Position numbers and translations under genes: made by a program
Assembly: GCA_965246885.1 (NCBI GenBank)
Contig: OZ251992.1
Location: 2,752,001 to 2,816,000, forward strand
Direction: 5' to 3'
DNA length: 64,000 nt
DNA from: Abditibacterium sp.
Lineage (GTDB): Bacteria; Armatimonadota; Abditibacteriia; Abditibacteriales; Abditibacteriaceae
Notes under the pieces: model-generated
What the model was told of the DNA's origin: nothing
Databases searched by the model: none
Seen by the model: the letters and a program-made list of their open reading frames with translations, nothing else
Shown: in pieces, positions 19,243 through 28,430 of the stretch
Layout of the letters: each line of letters begins with the position of its first letter
Numbering within the stretch: position 1 is the first letter of the stretch

Positions 19243-20142
19243 ATGCTCGCTCCTCCCCGCTTTGACCCGTTTCCCGACCGCGCCGCCGCCCTCAAGGAAG
19301 CGCGCGCCATTTTGCGGCATCACGGCAAGTCGTATTACTTTTCGACGCTGCTCTTTCCGCGCGCCCTCCAAGAAGCGACCTGCGCCGTGTACGCGTTCGT
19401 GCGCTTGCCCGACGAAATCGTGGACAACTCGCCCCAAACCACGCCCGAAGACATCGAAGCGATCAAAGTCAAAATCAACGGCTTTCGGGAACAGTGGCTC
19501 CGCGCCTACCAGACCGGCCAAAGCGAGTCGGGCGTGCTGCGCTTGGCCGCGCAAACGTGGCACGACTACAAAATCCCCTTTGAATACTCGCTGTCGTTTC
19601 TGGAAGCGATGGTGCAGGACACGTGGAAGACCGATTACGCCGACTACGCGGATTTGGAAGGTTATATGTACGGCTCGGCGGCGGTCATTGGCCTGATGAT
19701 GAGCCATTTGGTTGGCTTCCGCGACGCCGGAACGCTGGAGCACGCCAAGGCGCTGGGCAACGCCATGCAGCTAACAAACTTCCTGCGCGACATAGACGAA
19801 GACTTTCAAACGCGCGGACGGGTCTATTTGCCGGAAGACGAGCTATCGCACTTCAATCTGAGCCGTGACGACATCGCCGCGCGCCGTTTTTCGGACGATT
19901 TCCGCGAGTTCATGCGCTTCCAAGTGGCGCGCACTGACGCGATGTATGAGTTCGCCAACGGGGGCATCAACCAACTCGCGCCCGAAGGCCGCTTTGCCGT
20001 CGCAATGGCCTCGACCCTTTACCGCGCCATCCTGCGCAAGTTGGAAGCGCAAGACCTCAACCCCTTCGCCCGCCGCGCCTCCACTTCCCTGCCCCACAAA
20101 CTCGTTTTAATGCGCCCCGCCTTTAGGCTCAGCCGTCAGTAA
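19243..20142 (+). CDS. crtB: Phytoene synthase
   Basis: KSYYFS, VYAFVRLPDEIVD, YMYGSAAVIGLM, LGNAMQLTNFLRDIDED...GRVYLP. Confidence 0.93.
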   Translation: MLAPPRFDPFPDRAAALKEARAILRHHGKSYYFSTLLFPRALQEATCAVYAFVRLPDEIVDNSPQTTPEDIEAIKVKINGFREQWLRAYQTGQSESGVLRLAAQTWHDYKIPFEYSLSFLEAMVQDTWKTDYADYADLEGYMYGSAAVIGLMMSHLVGFRDAGTLEHAKALGNAMQLTNFLRDIDEDFQTRGRVYLPEDELSHFNLSRDDIAARRFSDDFREFMRFQVARTDAMYEFANGGINQLAPEGRFAVAMASTLYRAILRKLEAQDLNPFARRASTSLPHKLVLMRPAFRLSRQ

Positions 20143-20366
20143 CCCATCTCTCCTGTTAAAGCGATTCTCGAAGCGACCGAGCAACTTGCGCGGCGCCCTC
20201 ACTGTCCTCGGTCTTCGCCCGCCTCGTTCAAGATTGAGCGTTCCTTCCCGCTTTCGTCAAGGAGTTTTTTCATTTGTACGGGAGGTATGTTATTTGCGGC
20301 CATTCCCGTTGTAGTAGGGAGCAAGCGCGGGAATCAGTTCTCGACGCGCCTCCCAAGGGAAACCAT

Positions 20367-20966
20367 ATGAACACCAACAAATCACGCCGCATCCTGTCGT
20401 TGCTGGCCATCTTGAGCGCGTCGGGCGCTCTCGTCTTGTCCACCCCCACCGTCGCGCACGCCAAACACCGGCACGGGGGAATGGGTGGCACCGTCGAAGT
20501 GGGCGGCGCCGCGATGTATCCCACCAAGAACATCATCGAGAACGCGGTCAACTCCAAAGATCACACCACCCTCGTCGCTGCTGTCAAGGCCGCCGATTTG
20601 GTGGACACGCTGTCTGGCCCCGGCCCTTTCACCGTCCTCGCGCCGACCAACGAAGCGTTCGCCAAGTTGCCTGCCGGAACAGTTGACACCCTCGTCAAGC
20701 CCGAAAACAAGGCGACGCTGACCTCGATTTTGACATACCACGTCATCGCGGGCAACTACAGCGCGCACGATATTCGCAAGCTCATCAAAGACGGCAAGGG
20801 TTCCGCGCAACTCAAGACCGTGCAAGGCGAAACCCTCACCTTCACCAAAAAGAAGAAGAAAATCATCGTTACCGATGCCAAGGGCGGCAAGTCCACCATC
20901 ACCATCGCCGACGTCAATCAGTCGAACGGCGTCATCCACGTGGTGGACACCGTGTTGATGCCGTAA
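20367..20966 (+). CDS. Secreted fasciclin (FAS1) domain protein
   Basis: Signal peptide, TTLVAAVKAADLVDTLSGPGPFTVLAPTNEAF, ILTYHV, SNGVIHVVDTVLMP. Confidence 0.93.
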   Translation: MNTNKSRRILSLLAILSASGALVLSTPTVAHAKHRHGGMGGTVEVGGAAMYPTKNIIENAVNSKDHTTLVAAVKAADLVDTLSGPGPFTVLAPTNEAFAKLPAGTVDTLVKPENKATLTSILTYHVIAGNYSAHDIRKLIKDGKGSAQLKTVQGETLTFTKKKKKIIVTDAKGGKSTITIADVNQSNGVIHVVDTVLMP

Positions 20967-20988
20967 GCGGAAGCGCGCTCCGCCCTTG

Positions 20989-21019
20989 CAAAGCCCGACG
21001 CCTTCGCGTCGGGCTTTTG
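20989..21019 (+). terminator. Intrinsic terminator after fasciclin gene
   Basis: aaagcccgacg-cctt-cgcgtcgggctttt. Confidence 0.7.
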
Positions 21020-21104
21020 CCTTTTGCAAATGGGTAATGCGCTATGATTGCATTTTGTCTTTCTCGCCGCTTTGCGCGCACCCGCGCGTCAGGAAACTCC
21101 TCAC

Positions 21105-22625
21105 ATGGAAAAAATCATCGTCATCGGCGGCGGCATTGGCGGACTCGCGTTCGCTAACCTCGCGGCTAAACGCGGTCACGCGGTCACGGTCATCGAAAAA
21201 AACGACCGTTTAGGCGGCGTCGCCAACTGGTTCGAGGCGCCAACGGAAGTGGGCACTTTTCGCTTTGACATGGGGCCGTCGTGGTATCTGATGCCCGACG
21301 TGTTCCAAAGCTACTTCGACCTGTTGGATGAGCGCGTCGAAGACCACCTCGATTTGGTGCGGCTCGACCCGTCGTATCGCATCTTCTTTCAGGGGCGCGA
21401 GCGCTCGATAGATTTCTACTCCGACATCGCGCGCGACGCGCCCACCTTTGAGTCTCTGGAGCCGGGTTCGACACCGGTGCTGGAGAACTATCTGGAAAAG
21501 TCGAAGTATCAATACGAGATAGCGATTCGCGGCTTTATGTATAAAAACAACGACACGGTCTTTGACTTCCTCAACAAGCAGGTCGCGGTCGAGGGGCGCG
21601 AGTTGGAAGTGTTCTCCAAAATGAGCGATTATGTGAACAAGCACTTCAAGACGGACGAAGTGCAGAAGGTGATGCAGTATTCGCTCGTCTTCCTCGGCTC
21701 GTCGCCGTATAACACGCCCGCGCTGTATAACATCATGAGCCACATTGACTTTAACATGGGCGTGTTCTATCCGCAGGGCGGCATCCACGAGATACCCAAG
21801 ACGCTCGTCAAGATAGGCGCGAAGCTGGGCGTGGAGTACCGGACGCGCACGTCGGTAGCGTCTATTCAGACCAAGCGGGGGCCGAGTGTGAAGGGTGTCG
21901 TGTTGGAATCGGGAGAGGAGTTGGAAGCCGACATCATCGTCTCGAACGCCGGGATAGCGCACACGGAGTCGCTGCTTCCGAAGCCGTACCGCGACCACTC
22001 GCAGAAGTATTGGGACGGGCGCACCTTGGCGCCTTCGGCGCTCATTATGTATCTTGGCTTGGACGAGAAGGTGCCTTCGCTCACGCATCACAACCTGCTC
22101 TTTTCGACTGATTGGAAGAAGAACTTCGCCGAGATTTTCGACGCCCCGCAGTGGCCGTCCGAGCCGTCGCTGTATATCTGCGTGCCCTCGAAGACCGACC
22201 CCAACGTGGCGCCCGAAGGCTGCGAGAACCTTTTTGTGCTCGTCCCCATCGCGGCGCGCACGCAGTACACGCCGGAGGAGTTGGAAGTGCAGGCCGACCG
22301 GATGCTGCGCATCATCGAAGAGCAGATGAACTGTCCCGGCCTGCGCGACAAGATTGTTTACAAGAAACTGTTCTGCGTGAAGGACTTCGCCGCGAAATAT
22401 AACAAGCAGGGCGGCACGGCGCTGGGCTTGGCGCACACCATGAACCAAACCGCCATCCTGCGCCCCAACAACCGCTCGAAAAAGGTGGAGAACCTGCTGT
22501 ATGTGGGGGGCGACACCAACCCCGGCATCGGGATGCCGATTCAACTCATTTCGGCGGAATTGGCCCTGAAGCGCATCATCGGCGACCGGTCGTCGGGGCA
22601 CTTGGCGACGGTGGCGGCGAATTAA
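21105..22625 (+). CDS. crtI: Phytoene desaturase family (CrtI-type) oxidoreductase
   Basis: VIGGGIGG FAD motif, FRFDMGPSWYLMPD, GTALGLAHT, TNPGIGMP. Confidence 0.9.
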   Translation: MEKIIVIGGGIGGLAFANLAAKRGHAVTVIEKNDRLGGVANWFEAPTEVGTFRFDMGPSWYLMPDVFQSYFDLLDERVEDHLDLVRLDPSYRIFFQGRERSIDFYSDIARDAPTFESLEPGSTPVLENYLEKSKYQYEIAIRGFMYKNNDTVFDFLNKQVAVEGRELEVFSKMSDYVNKHFKTDEVQKVMQYSLVFLGSSPYNTPALYNIMSHIDFNMGVFYPQGGIHEIPKTLVKIGAKLGVEYRTRTSVASIQTKRGPSVKGVVLESGEELEADIIVSNAGIAHTESLLPKPYRDHSQKYWDGRTLAPSALIMYLGLDEKVPSLTHHNLLFSTDWKKNFAEIFDAPQWPSEPSLYICVPSKTDPNVAPEGCENLFVLVPIAARTQYTPEELEVQADRMLRIIEEQMNCPGLRDKIVYKKLFCVKDFAAKYNKQGGTALGLAHTMNQTAILRPNNRSKKVENLLYVGGDTNPGIGMPIQLISAELALKRIIGDRSSGHLATVAAN

Positions 22626-22680
22626 AAGCTGACTTGAGTCGCCGGGCACAAAGGCTAAACTGCGCGCACCGCCCCGCGCG

Positions 22681-24009
22681 GTGTTCCTTCTCGTGAAACG
22701 CTTTCTTCTAACATCGGCGCCGCTCGTGGCGGCGTTTTTAGCGGGTTGTCCCGCGTCGCCGCCCGTTAATCAAACAGCTTCGACTAACTCCGCGTCCCCC
22801 CCCTCGACGACTGGGGGCAACGCCGCCAAAGTCGTGACTGTTATCTCGCCGCACAACAACGAGATTCAAGAGGAGTTTGGGAGCGCGTGGGACAAAGCGC
22901 ACCCCGACATGCCCGTCAAGTGGATCAACCAAGGCGGCACGCCGCAAGATTTGCTGTTCGTCACGCAGGGCTTCAAAGGCCGCTCCAAAGCGCAAGGCGT
23001 CGGGGTGGATGTCTTCTTTGGCGGGGGAGGCGAAACGTTCACCGAACTGCAAAAGGGCGGCATGCTCGCGCCCTTCGCGGGCAAGTCGGACGTGCCCACC
23101 GAACTTAACAAGGTGCCGCTACGCGCCAAGGATGGCACTTGGGTCGCGGCGGCGCTGTCGGGGTTCGGGATGCTGTATAACAAGCAGATCGCCGCGCGCG
23201 ATGGCTTGCCCATCCCGAAGACGTGGGCCGACTTGGGCAACCCCAAGTTGCAAGACCGCATCGAACTGGCAGACCCGCGCCATTCCGGGTCGGCGCACGC
23301 GGTGTATGAAATCATCCTGCAAACCAACGGCTGGGACAAAGGCTGGAGAATCCTGACGGCAATGGCGGGCAACTCGCGGCGCTGGATGACTTCCTCCAGC
23401 GAGCCGCTTCAAGATGTCGGCAACGGCGAAGCCGTCTTTTGCACCGCCATTGACTTCTACGCCACCAACGCCATCCACAAAGCCGGGGCCGAAAAGCTCG
23501 GCTACATTCAACCGACCGGGCAGAACCTCATCACGCCCGACCCCATCGCCGTGCTACAAGGCGCCCCCAACGCCAAGGGCGCGCAAGCGTTCATGGAGTG
23601 GGTCTTGTCGCCCGCCGCGCAAAAGCTGTGGAGCGCCAAAGTTGGCACCCCCGGCGGCCCGCTCAAGTCCACCCTATCGCGCCTGCCCGCCTTGCCCGCC
23701 GCGTATGGCGACCCAAACGCCTTTACCGACGCCAATCCCTACAAGGAAAAAGTGACCGCCACCTACGATTCGGACAAAGCCGCGCGCCGCCACAAAGCCT
23801 TGGACGAACTTATCGGCGCCGCGCTCGTGGACAACGCCGACGCCGTCGTCGCCAAGTGGAAGCAAAGCCCCACCCCCGACGCAAGCGGCTACGTCCCCTT
23901 GCCCGAAAAGGAGTTCGACGCCCTCGCCGACAAATGGGGCGACGCCGCCAAAGACAACGTCACCAAGCAAGCGTGGAGCGCGAACGCGGCGAAGTTCTTT
24001 GGGGCGTAG
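22681..24009 (+). CDS. ABC transporter substrate-binding lipoprotein (Fe3+/thiamine-like class)
   Basis: Lipobox FLAGC, DVFFGGG, PKTWADL, ADPRHSGSAH, PDPIAVLQGAPN. Confidence 0.85.
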   Translation: MFLLVKRFLLTSAPLVAAFLAGCPASPPVNQTASTNSASPPSTTGGNAAKVVTVISPHNNEIQEEFGSAWDKAHPDMPVKWINQGGTPQDLLFVTQGFKGRSKAQGVGVDVFFGGGGETFTELQKGGMLAPFAGKSDVPTELNKVPLRAKDGTWVAAALSGFGMLYNKQIAARDGLPIPKTWADLGNPKLQDRIELADPRHSGSAHAVYEIILQTNGWDKGWRILTAMAGNSRRWMTSSSEPLQDVGNGEAVFCTAIDFYATNAIHKAGAEKLGYIQPTGQNLITPDPIAVLQGAPNAKGAQAFMEWVLSPAAQKLWSAKVGTPGGPLKSTLSRLPALPAAYGDPNAFTDANPYKEKVTATYDSDKAARRHKALDELIGAALVDNADAVVAKWKQSPTPDASGYVPLPEKEFDALADKWGDAAKDNVTKQAWSANAAKFFGA

Positions 24010-24014
24010 TTTCT

Positions 24015-25115
24015 ATGCTCTCCCTTTCCTTCCAGAACATCTCCAAGCGCTTCGACAAGACGGTGGTCATCCGCGACCTGTCGTTTGACATCCGCGCGGG
24101 CGAACTGTTCTTTCTGCTTGGCCCGTCGGGGTGCGGCAAAACGACGTGCTTGCGGATGGTCGCCGGGTTCTACAAGCCCGACGGCGGGGAGTTGCGCTTT
24201 GGCGAGCGCGTCATCAACGCCGTGCCGCCGCACAAGCGCAACACCGGCATGGTCTTCCAAAACTACGCGCTGTGGCCGCACTTGAGCGTGCGCGGCAACG
24301 TCGAATACGGCTTAAAAGTGCGCCGCGTGCCCAATCCGGAGCGCAAGCGGCGCGTGGACGAGGCGCTCGAAATGGTGCGCTTGAGCCAACTGGCCGACCG
24401 CTTTCCGTCGCAAATGTCGGGTGGGCAACAGCAGCGTGTGGCGCTCGCTCGCGCGCTCGTGGTGCGGCCCGACGTGCTCTTGTTGGACGAGCCATTGTCC
24501 AACCTCGACGCGCAGCTACGCCTCGAAATGCGCGCCGAAATCAAGCGCTTGCACCGCGAACAACAAACGACGGCGCTTTATGTCACGCACGACCAAGAGG
24601 AAGCTCTAAGCATCGCTGACCGCGTGGCGATTCTCAAAGACGGCGACTTGATGCAAATCGGCGCACCGCGCGAACTGTATCGCGCGCCGCGCTCGCGCTT
24701 TGTGGCGGAGTTCATCGGCGAAACCAACTTCCTACCGGGCCAAATCCGCGCCGTCTCCGCCGATGCGCTCGTCGTCGAAACGCCCGTTGGCCCCATCCGC
24801 GCCGCCAAACCGGTGGGCGCTTGGCAGGAGGGACAAACCATCTGGTGTTCGATTCGCCCCGAATCGTGGCGCATCTTGGCCGAAGGGCAGAATACGCCCA
24901 ACGAGTTCCGCGCGACACTACGCGACGCGATGTATTTGGGCCAAGCCGAGCAACTGTCGCTCCTGTTAACCGGCGGGCGCGAAGGCGTCGGGGCAGACGA
25001 AGCGTGGCGCACCCTCAAAGTAGCCGTTGCCAACCCCGACGCGCGCCCGCCCGCTATTGGCGGGACTGTGCGCGTCGGCGTGGATGTCGAAGATGTCGTG
25101 GTGTTGGCGGACTAA
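24015..25115 (+). CDS. ABC transporter ATP-binding protein (FbpC/PotA-like)
   Basis: GPSGCGKTT, MSGGQQQRVALARAL, LLLDEPLSNLD, YVTHDQEEA, C-terminal TOBE-like region. Confidence 0.93.
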   Translation: MLSLSFQNISKRFDKTVVIRDLSFDIRAGELFFLLGPSGCGKTTCLRMVAGFYKPDGGELRFGERVINAVPPHKRNTGMVFQNYALWPHLSVRGNVEYGLKVRRVPNPERKRRVDEALEMVRLSQLADRFPSQMSGGQQQRVALARALVVRPDVLLLDEPLSNLDAQLRLEMRAEIKRLHREQQTTALYVTHDQEEALSIADRVAILKDGDLMQIGAPRELYRAPRSRFVAEFIGETNFLPGQIRAVSADALVVETPVGPIRAAKPVGAWQEGQTIWCSIRPESWRILAEGQNTPNEFRATLRDAMYLGQAEQLSLLLTGGREGVGADEAWRTLKVAVANPDARPPAIGGTVRVGVDVEDVVVLAD

Positions 25116-25116
25116 G

Positions 25117-25284
25117 CCGTTGGCCCAACCCGGCCAACGGCTCACGCAACCGCGCGAACGGCTCACGCAACCGCGCGAACGGCTCACGCAGGTGCGCGAG
25201 TCGTTCATTTAGTTGCGCGAGCCACAAAATTAGCTGCGCGAGTGACTCACGTAGCCGCGCGGACGGCTCACGCGGGAAGCTGAG
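25117..25284. repeat. 21-nt-period degenerate tandem array (8 units)
   Basis: cggctcacgcaaccgcgcgaa perfect at 25138 and 25159, with diverged units in the same register on both sides. Confidence 0.85.
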
Positions 25285-25325
25285 CCGTTCTCCATTTGGC
25301 CAAATCGCGGCATTAAGGCCGGGAA

Positions 25326-25931
25326 ATGGAGTTCTTTTTCCGCCATCTCACCTCCACGTCCATTGGTCTTGCGCCCGTTGGCAACCTTTTGTGTGACGCG
25401 GTGCTGGCTCTCTTCCTCGCCTACTGCGCATTCACCGATGGCACGCGCGGCAAGATTCTCAACCATGCCACTTTCCCCGCGATGGGCGTGGGGCTGTTGC
25501 TGCACTTGGTTTTCGGCGGCGGCACCGGCTTCGGGTGGGCGCTGTTGGGTTTGGGAGTGGGATTGACGATTCAGTTCGTGCCTTGGCGCCTCAATCTCGC
25601 CAAAGCGGGGGATGTCAAATTGCTTATGGCCGTTGGCGCACTCAAGGGCTGGGCGTTTTGCGTGTTCGGTTTTTTGTATGGCGCCGCCGCCTTTGGGGTT
25701 CTGATATTGCCTTGGCTGGCGCGGCGCGGGGAGTTGGGCGCGGTTGGACGCAACATCAAGAACTACGCGCACCTCGCGCTCGTCACGCACACCGCCGATG
25801 CCCCGGCGCCCGTCGTGACGAAGAAGTTCGTGCCTTGGGGCGTGGGGCTTTCGATTGGGTTCGGCATCGCCCTCGCGTTGGAGTTGATACTAAAGCAGCC
25901 GATTTGGTGGAGTTGGACGCTTCCCTCCTAA
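25326..25931 (+). CDS. A24 family prepilin peptidase (CpaA/TadV-like)
   Basis: AFTD..GKILN, AGDVKLLMAVGA, C-terminal VPWGVGLSIG; multi-TM. Confidence 0.85.
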   Translation: MEFFFRHLTSTSIGLAPVGNLLCDAVLALFLAYCAFTDGTRGKILNHATFPAMGVGLLLHLVFGGGTGFGWALLGLGVGLTIQFVPWRLNLAKAGDVKLLMAVGALKGWAFCVFGFLYGAAAFGVLILPWLARRGELGAVGRNIKNYAHLALVTHTADAPAPVVTKKFVPWGVGLSIGFGIALALELILKQPIWWSWTLPS

Positions 25932-25958
25932 GTTTTCTGGCCGCACGCGGCCCTTGCA

Positions 25959-27665
25959 ATGCAAGCCATCATTCTCGCCGGAGGCATGGGCACGCGGCTT
26001 CGCCCCCTCACTTACACGCTCCCCAAGCCGATGCTCCCCGTCGCGGGGCGGCCCGCTTTGGCACATCTGGTCGAGGCGCTCGCCTTGGCAGGGTGCCGCG
26101 AGGTCATCATCACCACCAACTACCTCGCCGAGAGCGTGGAGCTTGGCCTATCACGCCTCAACTTGCCCATCCCCGTCGCGTGCGTAAAAGAAGACAAGCC
26201 TCTTGGCACCGCCGGTTGCGTGGCGAACCTCTTCGACCGCTTGGACGACCGCTTCCTCATTATCCAAGGCGACGCGGTGTCGGACATAGATTACGCCGCG
26301 TTTTGGGCCTCGCACGCCGCGCAGGAAGCGGACGTGTCCATCGCCGTGATGCGCGTCGCCGACACGCGCGAGTTCGGCGTGTGCGACGTGGACAGCACGG
26401 GCCGCATCCGCCGCTTTCAAGAAAAGCCGCGCCCCGAAGAAGCGTTCTCTGACCTCGCCTCGTCGGGCATCTACGTCCTCGAAAAGCGCCTGTTTGAAAA
26501 CGTGCCGCGCGGCGTCCCCTTCGATTTCGCGCGCGGCTTGTTCCCCGACCTGATGGGCGCGGGCGCCCATTTTCAGGCATGGCGTATGAACGGCTTTTGG
26601 CTCGACATCGGCAAGAACGAAACGTATGTCGAAGGCAATCTCAAGCTCATCGAAGGCAAGACCGCCATCGCGCCGGATGCGCACATCGCGCCCGGAGCCA
26701 CTTTGGTAGCTCCCTACTCCATTGGCGCGAGCGCCAGAATCGGGAGTGGCGCGCGCGTGGGGCCGGGCGCCGTCGTGGGCGCGCGCACCGTTGTGGGCGA
26801 GGGCGCGCACGTCGAGAAGTCCGTGCTGTTTGACGACGTGTCAGTCGGGCCGGAAGCGCAGTTGTCGGGCTGTATACTCGCTACGCGAGTTCGGGTGGGC
26901 CGCGCCGCGCGCGTCGAAGCGGGCGCCGTTGTGGGCGAGGGCTGCGATGTCGGAGCGGGCGCCATCGTCTCGACCGGCACGCGGCTCGGCCCGCACACCC
27001 CGCTTGCTGCGGGCGCGTTCTTGGAGGGCGTGTTGGAGCCGCGCGCTTCCAAATTGGGAGCTTTGGTGCGCGTCTTGGAAGCGGGCGCCACGCTCGACGC
27101 CCGCACGCTCGACGAGCGCGAAGCCTACGCGACACTCGCCGAAGGCGGCGGTTGGGGCGCCCGCGAAGTCGCCGATGCCACCAACCTCCCGCTTTACCGC
27201 GTGTTGGCAGCGCTGCACGGATTGGAGCGCGCCGAACTTGTCGTTTCCAACGCCTCGCACCCACCGATGTATCTGTTAGCTGGCGCCGAGCACGCCCTAC
27301 CGCGCCGCTTGCTCATCGTTCACCCGACCGAAGTGGGCCGCGAAACGCTGCGCGCCGCGTTTACCGCCGATGGTCATTCCGTGCGCGTCGCGTGCGACGG
27401 CATTGAGGCCGTCGAAGCCGTGCGCGACGAACGCTTTGACGCCATCCTGATGAACGCCGACCTGCCGTCGTTGGGCGGCTGGGACGCGACGCGCCTCATT
27501 CGCGGCATGGCCAATGGCCGCACCGTCGCCGTCATCATGTTCTCCTCCCACCCCGGCGCCGACGACCAAACCCGCGCCCAAGAAATCGGCGCTACGGGCA
27601 TCCTCTCGGCAACGGAACTCCCCGAATCCGTGCTGCCGCAAGTGATGGAATTGCTGGAACGGTAG
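25959..27665 (+). CDS. NDP-sugar pyrophosphorylase (mannose-1-P guanylyltransferase-like) fused to left-handed beta-helix, wHTH and receiver-like domains
   Basis: ILAGGMGTRLRPLT..PKPMLPV, PLGTAG, FQEKP, WLDIG; hexapeptide repeats; AREVADATNLP..RVLAALHGLE; ACDGIEAVE...DAILMNADLPSLGG. Confidence 0.85.
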   Translation: MQAIILAGGMGTRLRPLTYTLPKPMLPVAGRPALAHLVEALALAGCREVIITTNYLAESVELGLSRLNLPIPVACVKEDKPLGTAGCVANLFDRLDDRFLIIQGDAVSDIDYAAFWASHAAQEADVSIAVMRVADTREFGVCDVDSTGRIRRFQEKPRPEEAFSDLASSGIYVLEKRLFENVPRGVPFDFARGLFPDLMGAGAHFQAWRMNGFWLDIGKNETYVEGNLKLIEGKTAIAPDAHIAPGATLVAPYSIGASARIGSGARVGPGAVVGARTVVGEGAHVEKSVLFDDVSVGPEAQLSGCILATRVRVGRAARVEAGAVVGEGCDVGAGAIVSTGTRLGPHTPLAAGAFLEGVLEPRASKLGALVRVLEAGATLDARTLDEREAYATLAEGGGWGAREVADATNLPLYRVLAALHGLERAELVVSNASHPPMYLLAGAEHALPRRLLIVHPTEVGRETLRAAFTADGHSVRVACDGIEAVEAVRDERFDAILMNADLPSLGGWDATRLIRGMANGRTVAVIMFSSHPGADDQTRAQEIGATGILSATELPESVLPQVMELLER

Positions 27666-27683
27666 AAGACTGGGCGCGTGCTG

Positions 27684-28382
27684 TCATTGGGCCGCCGCGA
27701 ACTTCAGCCCGTTCCAGCGCAGGACTTCTTCATGACTGCTCTGCGAGGTGCCATACGACACCCGCACTTGAAACACCCCATCGCCCCCACGCTCGAAGCG
27801 CGCGCCCTTAAAGTCGTAATCCGAACTTTGATCCGTACCATAGCCGAACGCTTGCACAGCCGCAGCCTTCCTCCAACCGTTGGGGAAGACAACATACACC
27901 CAATCGCCATAGTCCCCATACATCCCGTCGCCGTAGCAGTTGAGGCGGAGCATGGGCGCGGACTTCTTCTTCTCATCGAGCCACAAAAAGCTGGCCCCAA
28001 ACTTTATGGGAGCGTAATGTTCGTGACTTTCATAGCTTACGTCAGCCGAGTTCAAGAGACGCCACTGCTTCCTCCCCTTCGCACGCTCCCATACATCTAA
28101 ATGGAAAGGCTGGACAATGAAACGGTGGTTAATGTCTCTGGCGGCGTCTTTATCCGGTTGGGAATAGAGGTGAATGGCCCGTTCCGTCTGGCCTTTGAGA
28201 TGAACGATCCCGAAGAACAAGGAGTTAAAGGGCTTATGAGCGCCCGCAAGAATGGAAGCAGGAACCGCACGCACGTAGGGAATCGGCGTTGCAACGGCTT
28301 CCGGTAGCTTGTTGGCGTTCTGCGCGCCCGCGCTTACGGCGCTCAGCGCGAGCATTAAAACGAAACACAAGTTCTTCAGCAT
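27684..28382 (-). CDS. Hypothetical secreted protein
   Basis: Signal peptide (MLKNLCFVLMLALSAVSAGA); 232 aa; fills the gap downstream of secA. Confidence 0.7.
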   Translation of the reverse strand: MLKNLCFVLMLALSAVSAGAQNANKLPEAVATPIPYVRAVPASILAGAHKPFNSLFFGIVHLKGQTERAIHLYSQPDKDAARDINHRFIVQPFHLDVWERAKGRKQWRLLNSADVSYESHEHYAPIKFGASFLWLDEKKKSAPMLRLNCYGDGMYGDYGDWVYVVFPNGWRKAAAVQAFGYGTDQSSDYDFKGARFERGGDGVFQVRVSYGTSQSSHEEVLRWNGLKFAAAQ

Positions 28383-28394
28383 GGAGAAATAAGA

Positions 28395-28424
28395 AAAGCC
28401 CGCAGCGTTTCCGTTGCGGGCTTT
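28395..28424 (-). terminator. Intrinsic terminator after secA
   Basis: aaagcccgcagcg-tttc-cgttgcgggcttt. Confidence 0.7.
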
Positions 28425-28430
28425 GTTGGT

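Noticed and set aside
20143..20366. Possible ncRNA or small gene between crtB and the fasciclin gene
   Set aside because: No recognisable RNA family motif or convincing ORF; cannot be supported without an Rfam scan.
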